A stretch of DNA of 64,000 nucleotides from the NCBI GenBank assembly GCA_963707915.1, contig OY970178.1, forward strand, positions 512,001-576,000, written 5' to 3'. This DNA is from Candidatus Eiseniibacteriota bacterium. Its GTDB lineage: Bacteria; Eisenbacteria; RBG-16-71-46. The position numbers were made by a program, and so were the translations under genes. Every line of letters begins with the position of its first letter. The stretch's first letter is position 1. Shown here in pieces: positions 9,618-16,594 of this stretch. The notes beneath the pieces are model-generated. The model was not told the origin of the DNA, ran no database searches, and worked only from the letters and a program-made list of their open reading frames with translations.

Positions 9618-10016
9618 ATGCCCACCTACGACTACCGGTGCCGCAAGTGCGGACACTCGTTCGAGCTCTTCCACGGCATCAAGGACGATGCGCCGAAGCG
9701 GTGCCCGAAGTGCAGGGGCAGGGCGCAGCGCGTCCCGGCCGGAGGGGCCGGCGTACTGTTCAAGGGGACCGGCTTCTACGTCACCGACTACCGGAGCAAG
9801 GCGTACAAGGAAAGCGCCCGGCAGGAGAAGAGCGCGAGCGGCGGGAGCGGTGGCAGCGGCTCGTCGGGCGGTGGCAGCGGCTCGACCGGCGGTGGCAGCG
9901 GCTCGGCCGGCGGTGGCAGCGGCTCGTCGGGCGGTGGCAGCGGCTCGGCTGGCGGTGGCAGCGGCTCGTCGCGCGGTGGCGGCTCGACCGGCGGCAAGAC
10001 GCCCGCGGGCGCCTGA
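9618..10016 (+). CDS. FmdB-family zinc-ribbon regulatory protein with a Gly/Ser repeat tail
   Basis: MPTYDYRCRKCGHSFE...CPKC...FKGTGFYVTDY. Confidence 0.9.
   Translation: MPTYDYRCRKCGHSFELFHGIKDDAPKRCPKCRGRAQRVPAGGAGVLFKGTGFYVTDYRSKAYKESARQEKSASGGSGGSGSSGGGSGSTGGGSGSAGGGSGSSGGGSGSAGGGSGSSRGGGSTGGKTPAGA
9846..9989 (+). repeat. 21-bp coding tandem repeat (GGCGGTGGCAGCGGCTCGnnn), six copies plus one shortened copy, encoding GGGSGSx
   Basis: Read directly from the sequence. Variation is almost confined to the last codon of each unit. Confidence 0.9.
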
Positions 10017-10028
10017 GAGCCTGCGCCC

Positions 10029-11906
10029 GTGGCCTTCGGTCTGGTGCAGGCCGTCCTGGAGTCGCACGGGCTCGAGCGGACGGTGGTGGAGCGCACCCGC
10101 GACGCGGGGATCCGGATCGTCGACCAGGTGGTGCTCGGAAGTGAGCAGGTCCCGCTGGTCGTCGCCCTGCTGAGGCGCGCGGGCGTCGAGTCCGCACGCG
10201 TGAGTCCCGCCCTCGCGGATCCCGGCAGCGGCAACGACGGAGACGAGGACGAGCCGGCGACCGACTGGCGGCGTGCGGCGCTCGAGCTCGGGATGCTGAT
10301 GCCGCGGCCCGGGCACGGCGACCTGCGCGTGCTCCACCGCGAGCGGCTGGCGGCGCCGGGGCGCCTGGCGCTGGTCTCGGGACGGATCGCCGCCTGCGGT
10401 GCGCTGGGGATGCTGGCGCTCGAGGCGGACGCGCTCGTGGCGGCGGCCGTCCTGGCCGGCGGGCCGTTCGTCCCGGAGGAGCCGCGGGTGCTCGGCGTGG
10501 AACTGGCCGGTGCGCTGTCGCCGGTGGCGGGCGGCGTGGACCTCGCGCTGGCGCTGCTCTCCCGGCTGCGCGAGACCGGCGCGGCGGCGGACGTGCTCGA
10601 GCTCGGAGGCGGCGGAGTCGCGACGCTGGCGATGACCGAGCGGATGAGCGCTGCCTGGGTCCTCGGGGAGGCGGGGTTGCTGGCGCTGTTCCCGTCGGAC
10701 GAGGTGACGCGCGCGGAGCTGGCCGCGCTGGGGCGCGAGCAGGACTGGCGCCGCATCGAGGCGACCCGCGCGGGCGACGGGATCGTGTGGAGCCTGGAAC
10801 TGGGGGAAGTCGCCCCGCTCCTCGCTCCGCTCGAGGAACTCGGGCGCCCGCAGCCGGCGAAGGCGTTCGCCGGGACGCCGATCGAGCGCGTGCTGGTGGG
10901 GCCGGGCGCCACGCTGGCCGATCTCGCGCGGTTCGCGGCCCGGCTCGAAGGCCGCCGGGTCCACGAGCGGGTCGAGTGCACGGTGGTGGCGGGGAGCCGG
11001 GCGGTGCTGGATCGCCTGGTGTCGTCGGGCGTGACGCAACGGCTGGCGGTCGCGGGGGCGCGGGTGACGGAGGGACGGGTGGCGGCCCACACCGCGGGCG
11101 CGGGTGCAGGGCTGTGCGTCGGCGTGCCGCACGACGCCGTCGCGGCGGGCCGTGCACGATGGCTCGTGGGAGGCGTAGAATGCTGCGCGGCGGCGGCGCT
11201 GGCGGGAGCCGTCACGGTCCCGGCGGGCGGCGACGTGCCGGCGGTGGTCGAGGTCGGGGGCGGGAGCCCGGCGGATCCGTGGAGGCCCGGGGCCGCCGCT
11301 GGGCCGGCCGCGGAGCGCGCGCGGCCCGGGGCGCCGGGGATGGCGCAGGGCCGGTACCGCGGAGAAGTGCTCGCGATCCTGGGCGACGAGGTGGAGTGCG
11401 CGCGGTTGCTCGCTCCCGGCGCCCGGCTCGAGGGCCTGCGCGGCCGGCTGCGCGCGTTCGCGGGGCAGTTGCTGGCCGGGATCGATCCCGGCTTTGCAGC
11501 CCGCGCGCACGAGCGGGGCGGAGGCTTCGTGGTGGCGGGGACGGGGTTCGCTCGCGGGGAGCCGCGCGCGGCCGTCGCCGTCTGCCTGGCCGAGTGGTCC
11601 GTACGGGCCGTGCTGGCGCGTTCGTACGCGCCCGGAGCGGCGCAGGCGCTGGTGAACGCGGGGGTGATGCCGTTGAGGTGGACGCAGGTGGGGACGACGG
11701 GACCGTTCGATCGGGGTGACGAGCTGGAGTTGCCGGGTTCGCCGGAGGCGCTGCTGCCGGCGCAGCCGCTGACGGTCCGCAACCTGACGCGCGGCACTCA
11801 CGTGACGCTGCTGCACGACCTGTCGGCGCAGGCGATCGCGGTGCTGCGGGCCGGCGGGCTGCTCCCGTTCGTGATCGGACACGCGCCGGGCGCGGGGAGG
11901 CCGTGA
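10029..11906 (+). CDS. Aconitase-family protein (single chain, about 625 aa) with degenerate catalytic motifs; probable pseudo-enzyme
   Basis: Scaffold motifs RPGHG, GGGGVATLAMTER, FPSDEVTR..L...GREQDW, GSRAVL...L.VAGARV and the swivel-domain end (LRAGGLL) are present. The DSH, GSCTN, CxxC and GSSRE motifs are all replaced. Confidence 0.8.
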   Translation: MAFGLVQAVLESHGLERTVVERTRDAGIRIVDQVVLGSEQVPLVVALLRRAGVESARVSPALADPGSGNDGDEDEPATDWRRAALELGMLMPRPGHGDLRVLHRERLAAPGRLALVSGRIAACGALGMLALEADALVAAAVLAGGPFVPEEPRVLGVELAGALSPVAGGVDLALALLSRLRETGAAADVLELGGGGVATLAMTERMSAAWVLGEAGLLALFPSDEVTRAELAALGREQDWRRIEATRAGDGIVWSLELGEVAPLLAPLEELGRPQPAKAFAGTPIERVLVGPGATLADLARFAARLEGRRVHERVECTVVAGSRAVLDRLVSSGVTQRLAVAGARVTEGRVAAHTAGAGAGLCVGVPHDAVAAGRARWLVGGVECCAAAALAGAVTVPAGGDVPAVVEVGGGSPADPWRPGAAAGPAAERARPGAPGMAQGRYRGEVLAILGDEVECARLLAPGARLEGLRGRLRAFAGQLLAGIDPGFAARAHERGGGFVVAGTGFARGEPRAAVAVCLAEWSVRAVLARSYAPGAAQALVNAGVMPLRWTQVGTTGPFDRGDELELPGSPEALLPAQPLTVRNLTRGTHVTLLHDLSAQAIAVLRAGGLLPFVIGHAPGAGRP

Positions 11907-11907
11907 C

Positions 11908-12945
11908 ATGCTGATCGACCAGGCCCGCATCCACGTGCTCTCGGGCGCGGGAGGCGAGGGCTGCGTGAGCTTCCGCAGGGAGAAGTTCGTGCCCAAGGGT
12001 GGGCCGGACGGGGGCGATGGCGGGCGCGGCGGCAGCGTGTTCCTCGAGGTGGACGTGCACGTGCGCACGCTGCTTGACTGCCGCGAACAGCCTCGTTACC
12101 GTGCCGATCGCGGTGGTCACGGCTCGGGCAACCGGCGCTCGGGCAAGGATGGACGGGACCTCGTGGTGCGCGTCCCGCGCGGCACGGTGGTGCGGGACGC
12201 CTCGACCGGCGAGGTGCTCGCGGACCTGGTCCACCCGGGGGAGCGGTTCGCCGCCGGGCGCGGCGGACGAGGCGGACGCGGCAACGCGCACTTCGCGACG
12301 CCGACGCACCAGGCGCCGCGACACGCCGAGCCCGGCGGTCCAGGCGAGGAGCGCTGGTTCGAACTGGAGCTCAAGCTCATCGCCGACGTGGGCTTCGTGG
12401 GCCTGCCCAACGCGGGCAAGTCCACCCTGCTCTCGAGGGTCACGAAGGCGCGGCCCCGCATCGCGCCGTATCCGTTCACGACGCTGGAGCCGCACCTGGG
12501 GATCGTGGCGCTCGACGACGAGCGCCAGTTCGTCGCGGCCGACCTGCCGGGGTTGATCGCGGGAGCGCACGAGGGCAAGGGGCTCGGTCACCAGTTCCTG
12601 CGCCACATCGAGCGCACGAGGGTGCTGCTGTTCATGGTGGAGTCCGGCGCCGAGGATCCGGCGCACGACCTCGAGGTGCTCGAGCGGGAGGTGTCGTTGC
12701 ACAGCCCGGCGCTGAAGGACAAGCCGCGACGCGTGGTCATCACCAAGGCCGACCTGGTCCCGCCGGAGGATCGCGCGGCCGCCTGCGCGCGCCTCGGGAT
12801 CCCGGACGCCCGGCTCATCAGTGCGCAGAGCGGCGAAGGGTTGGCCCCGCTGCTGGAGGACGTCTGGGGACTGATCACGACGAGCCTGGCGGCGGAGGCG
12901 GCCGCGCCCGCGGACGAGGAAGAGGAAGAGGTCGAGGATGAGTGA
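11908..12945 (+). CDS. obgE: GTPase ObgE/CgtA
   Basis: FRREKFVPKGGPDGGDGG, ADVGFVGLPNAGKSTLL, YPFTT, DLPG, FLRHIER. Confidence 0.97.
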   Translation: MLIDQARIHVLSGAGGEGCVSFRREKFVPKGGPDGGDGGRGGSVFLEVDVHVRTLLDCREQPRYRADRGGHGSGNRRSGKDGRDLVVRVPRGTVVRDASTGEVLADLVHPGERFAAGRGGRGGRGNAHFATPTHQAPRHAEPGGPGEERWFELELKLIADVGFVGLPNAGKSTLLSRVTKARPRIAPYPFTTLEPHLGIVALDDERQFVAADLPGLIAGAHEGKGLGHQFLRHIERTRVLLFMVESGAEDPAHDLEVLEREVSLHSPALKDKPRRVVITKADLVPPEDRAAACARLGIPDARLISAQSGEGLAPLLEDVWGLITTSLAAEAAAPADEEEEEVEDE

Positions 12946-13669
12946 CGACCGGCACCCCCCGGCGAGGAGCTACGACGCGCTGAACACGCGCGGCCTCGCG
13001 GCCAAGCGGGAGTACGTGCGCGGGCTCGAGAAGCGCCGCGACAGCGAGGCCCTGTCGCTGCTGGTCGAGTGCCTGTGCGACGAGTCGTGGTACCTGCGGC
13101 AGCTCGCCGAGCAGGCCTTCCTGAACCTGGGCAGCGAGGGGGCCCCACTGCTCCTGCCGTTGCTCGAGCAGGGGCTGTGGTTCACGCGCGTGAGCTCCGC
13201 CGGGATCCTCGGCAAGCTGGGCCACGCTCCGGCGGTGCCGGGGCTGCTCCGCCTGACCGAGGACGAGAACCGCACCGTGGCGGAGGCCGCGCGCGAGGCG
13301 CTGATCGCGGTCGGCCGCTCGAGCGGCGCGGTGCGGATCGCCCACGTGCTGCACCGCCTGGCGCCCGATTCGCGGCGCCGCCGGCTGGAGGACCTCGCTG
13401 CGCGGGACGCCGAGCTGGCGGAGCGCATCCAGCGGCTGATGACGAACGACGAGCTCATGGCGGTCGAGGACACCGAGCTGCTCACCGACGATCATCCGGT
13501 GGTGCGGGCGAGCGAGGACGGTTTCGAATGGGAAGTGCTCACCAGCCCGCCCGCGCCGAAGACGCCCGCCGAGCCCGGGCCCCCGCCGGGGCCGCAGGGA
13601 ACGCCGCCCGCGCCGTCCGGGACGGAGTCCCCCCGCCGCAGGGAGGATGACGGACCGTCCACCGCTTGA
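12938..13669 (+). CDS. HEAT-repeat protein
   Basis: LVECLCDESWYLRQLAEQAF, WFTRVSSAGILGKLG, LLRLTEDENRTVAEAAREAL. Confidence 0.75.
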   Translation: MSDDRHPPARSYDALNTRGLAAKREYVRGLEKRRDSEALSLLVECLCDESWYLRQLAEQAFLNLGSEGAPLLLPLLEQGLWFTRVSSAGILGKLGHAPAVPGLLRLTEDENRTVAEAAREALIAVGRSSGAVRIAHVLHRLAPDSRRRRLEDLAARDAELAERIQRLMTNDELMAVEDTELLTDDHPVVRASEDGFEWEVLTSPPAPKTPAEPGPPPGPQGTPPAPSGTESPRRREDDGPSTA

Positions 13670-14624
13670 AGCGCGGGTGCTCTTCTCCCGCACGCCGGCC
13701 GCGACCGACCCGGGATCCGCCTGGCGGGCCGCGGGCAGCGCTGAACGCGGGACGGCGGCCGGCGTGGCGCGGACCCTCGAGCGCCTGGGCGTCTGCGCCC
13801 CGATGGCGGGGGAGCCGGGCTATCCGGCGGCCCTGCTCGAACTCGCCGACGCCCCGCGCGTGGTGTTCGTCCGTGGGGTGCTGCCCGAACGCAGCCGGGC
13901 GGTCGCCGTGGTCGGTTCCCGCGCCGCCACGCCGTACGGGCTGGCCCAGGCCGGGGCCCTGGGCGCGGACCTCGCCCGGCTGGGCTACACCGTGGTGAGC
14001 GGCCTGGCGCGCGGCATCGATGCCGCGGCGCATCGCGGGGCGATCGAGGCTGGCGGCGCGAGCGTGGCGGTGCTCCCCGGCGGGCTCGACGCGGTCACTC
14101 CGCGGCACCACGCCGCGCTGGCCGAGGAACTGTGCGCTCGCGGCGGGCTGCTCAGCGAGCGGGCCAGCGGGCCGCCGCCGTTCCGCGCGACGTTCCTCGA
14201 GCGCAACCGGCTCATCGCGGCGCTCGCGGCGGCGACGGTGGTGGTCGAGGCGGCGGCGCGCAGCGGCGCGCTCGCCACGGCGGCCCGCGCGCGCCAGCTC
14301 GGCCGGCCGGTGCTCGCGGTTCCGGGCGATGTCGACCGCGAGACGAGCCGCGGCACGCACGCGCTGATCCGCGCCGGGGCGCTGCTGTGCGAGGGCGCCG
14401 GCGACGTGCGGAACGCCATCGGGTGCGGTGCGGGCCGCGGCGGAGAGGCGACGCCGCAGTCGCGGCTGGGCGCCGCCCTCGGGGTGGAGCCGCGCGGCGT
14501 GGACGAGATCGCCGGGGCCGCGGGTCTCGCGGTGGACGAGGCGCTCGCGCTGCTGCTCCAGTTCGAGTGGGCGGGCGCGGCCGTGGCGGTCCCGGGGCAG
14601 CGCTGGCGGAGGGCCGGCTCGTGA
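13647..14624 (+). CDS. dprA: DNA-processing protein DprA
   Basis: YPAALLELADAP, VAVVGSR, VVSGLARGIDAAAHRGA, RNRLIAAL, VVEAAARSG, and a C-terminal winged helix. Confidence 0.92.
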   Translation: MTDRPPLEARVLFSRTPAATDPGSAWRAAGSAERGTAAGVARTLERLGVCAPMAGEPGYPAALLELADAPRVVFVRGVLPERSRAVAVVGSRAATPYGLAQAGALGADLARLGYTVVSGLARGIDAAAHRGAIEAGGASVAVLPGGLDAVTPRHHAALAEELCARGGLLSERASGPPPFRATFLERNRLIAALAAATVVVEAAARSGALATAARARQLGRPVLAVPGDVDRETSRGTHALIRAGALLCEGAGDVRNAIGCGAGRGGEATPQSRLGAALGVEPRGVDEIAGAAGLAVDEALALLLQFEWAGAAVAVPGQRWRRAGS

Positions 14625-15535
14625 AGGCGGGGGACCGGGCGGTCGGGCTGCTGGCACGCGGGATCCTGGGCGGCCTGCGCGCGATGTCGTGGGAACGTTC
14701 GCGGGCGGCGGGCGAACGCCTGGGCGATGCCGTGCGCGCGCTGGGGCTGCGGCGGCGCGTGGCGCGGGAGAACCTCGCGCACGCCTTCCCGCAGTGGAGC
14801 GCCGCCGAGCTCGAGCGCGTGCTGCGGGAGCACTACCGCGAGCTGGGACGCGTGGTCGCCGAGTACGGACACCTCGACCGGCTGGCGCGTGCGCCGCTGG
14901 GGGAGGTCTTCGTCGAGCGGAGCGGGATGGAGGCGCTCGATGCGCTGCGGGGCCGCGGCGCGATCCTGATGAGCGGACACTACTCGAACTTCGAGCTGAT
15001 GGGCGCGATGCTGGCGCGGCTGAACCCGGTGGACTTCCTGGTGAAGCCGCTCTCGAACGCGGGAGTCGAGCGGCTGATCGACGGACGCCGTGCCGCGGCG
15101 GGGGTGGGCTGCATCAGCACGAGCGAGGGCACACGGGGCGTCTACCAGGCGCTGGCGGCGGGCCGCTGGGTCGCCATCCTGGCCGACCAGGACGCGGGAC
15201 GACGCGGCCTGTTCGTCCCGTTCTTCGGGCGGCCGGCGAGCACGCCCGCGGGTCCGGCGCGCATCTCGATCAAGACCGGGGCGCCGATCGTGGCGGGGTT
15301 CGCGGTGAGGCGGCCGGACGGGCGCTTCGACCTGCGGATCGAGCCGCCCTTCGAGCTGGAGGAACCGGCGGCCCCGGATGCGGTCCTGCGTCTCACCGCG
15401 CTGCACGTGGGCTTGCTCGAGGCGCGGGTCCGCGAGCGCCCGGAGCTGTGGTTCTGGCTCCACCGGCGGTGGAAGAGCGTCCCGCCCGCGGGCGGGGCGG
15501 GGGACGGGGCGACGAGCGTGGAGAGACCGGCGTGA
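14621..15535 (+). CDS. Lipid A biosynthesis (LpxL/HtrB-family) acyltransferase
   Basis: GTG at 14621. GHYSNFE (HxxxxE), ADQD, FFGRPAST, PELWFWLHRRWK. Confidence 0.88.
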   Translation: MKAGDRAVGLLARGILGGLRAMSWERSRAAGERLGDAVRALGLRRRVARENLAHAFPQWSAAELERVLREHYRELGRVVAEYGHLDRLARAPLGEVFVERSGMEALDALRGRGAILMSGHYSNFELMGAMLARLNPVDFLVKPLSNAGVERLIDGRRAAAGVGCISTSEGTRGVYQALAAGRWVAILADQDAGRRGLFVPFFGRPASTPAGPARISIKTGAPIVAGFAVRRPDGRFDLRIEPPFELEEPAAPDAVLRLTALHVGLLEARVRERPELWFWLHRRWKSVPPAGGAGDGATSVERPA

Positions 15536-15960
15536 GCGGCGACCGGGTGGCGCCCGGCTTCCGTTTCGTGGAGCGCGTCCGCTACGCGGACACCGACCAG
15601 ATGGGGATGGCCTACCACGGGAACTACGTCCGCTGGTTCGAGGTGGGCCGCACGGAGATGCTCCGCGCGCAGGGGATGAGCTACCGGGAAGTGGAGGAGG
15701 CGGGGGTCCGGATGCCGGTGCTGGAAGTCCACTGCCGCTACCTCAAGCCGGCGCGCTACGACGACGAGCTGGCGATCGAGACGATGCTCACCGAGCTGGG
15801 ACGGGCCTCGCTGCGCTTCGAGTACCGCGTGGTGCGCGTGGCGGACGGCGAGCTGCTGGCCTGCGGCGCCACGCGGCACTGCTTCGTCGATCCCGCGGGC
15901 AGGCCGGTGCGGCCGCCGGCCTTCTTCGCGGAGCTGCTGGAGCGGGTCGCGCGCGGCTGA
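15532..15960 (+). CDS. Acyl-CoA thioesterase, YbgC/FadM hotdog family
   Basis: VRYADTDQMGMAYHGNYVRWFEVGR, YLKPARYDD. Confidence 0.92.
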   Translation: MSGDRVAPGFRFVERVRYADTDQMGMAYHGNYVRWFEVGRTEMLRAQGMSYREVEEAGVRMPVLEVHCRYLKPARYDDELAIETMLTELGRASLRFEYRVVRVADGELLACGATRHCFVDPAGRPVRPPAFFAELLERVARG

Positions 15961-16039
15961 GCGCGTCGGGCCAGACCGACGACGAAGGCCGTGCGGGAAC
16001 CGGCCGGGGAGCGCTCCGACCGTTCCCCGCGGGGCTCGA

Positions 16040-16348
16040 TCAGGACTTGAAGCCGAGTCCCTTGGACGGGCTCTGTTCGCCGTGGAGCTTGATCGCCCCG
16101 AACTGCGCTTCGTAGTTCTTGAGATTCTGCTCGAGCGCGCCGAGCAGCGACTTGGCATGCTGCGGGGTCATGATGACCCGGGCGTGGACGCGTGCCTTCG
16201 GCAGCCCGGGCAGGGCGCGCGCGAAGTCGAGGATGACCTCGGACGGGGAGTGGGCGATGAAGACGAGGTTGGAGTAGATGCCCTCAGCTTCCTTCTCGCC
16301 CACCTCGACCTGGAACTGGGGCGGGACCTGGTTTTGGCCATTTTCCAC
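16040..16348 (-). CDS. DUF3467-like small protein
   Basis: GTG start after a CAGGAG RBS. AEGIYSNLVFIAHSPSEVILDF...RVIMTPQHAKSL..AL..N...YE..FG.I. Confidence 0.85.
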   Translation of the reverse strand: MENGQNQVPPQFQVEVGEKEAEGIYSNLVFIAHSPSEVILDFARALPGLPKARVHARVIMTPQHAKSLLGALEQNLKNYEAQFGAIKLHGEQSPSKGLGFKS

Positions 16349-16427
16349 GATGGTCTCCTGTCTGCACCCAAGTGGCACCGGATGGGGCCTCCGGCGGGGC
16401 CTCACCGCCCCGCGAACGAGCTTGCGC

Positions 16428-16456
16428 ACCATATGAGGGTGGCTGTCTAGCGTCAA
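16428..16456 (-). promoter_or_regulatory. Putative sigma70 promoter for the DUF3467 gene
   Basis: Minus strand TTGACG-N17-TATGGT. Confidence 0.6.
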
Positions 16457-16530
16457 GCAGAAAGCCGAGTTAGCCGCCTGGCACCGGCGTGCCAGTGGCC
16501 CGGCGGCAAAGGCGACGGGCGGCCGAAGGA

Positions 16531-16545
16531 TGGCATGCGCCTTGC
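16531..16545 (+). promoter_or_regulatory. Putative sigma54 (-24/-12) promoter
   Basis: TGGCAT-GCGCC-TTGC, with exact GG-N10-GC spacing. Confidence 0.6.
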
Positions 16546-16594
16546 GCACACCCACTTGTGCCCTTTCCGACGTCCTTCTCGCTGGGAGGTTGAT

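Noticed and set aside
9846..9989. Regularly spaced repeats as a possible CRISPR array
   Set aside because: The units are contiguous, only 3 nt vary, and they are in frame within a CDS. No spacers or cas genes are present.
8442..12068. Very long minus-strand ORFs (also 33466-37026, 40986-44507, 57600-61514, 36237-38999 and others)
   Set aside because: They are antisense shadows of well-supported + strand genes in high-GC DNA, with Arg/Pro/Ala-rich translations and no motifs.
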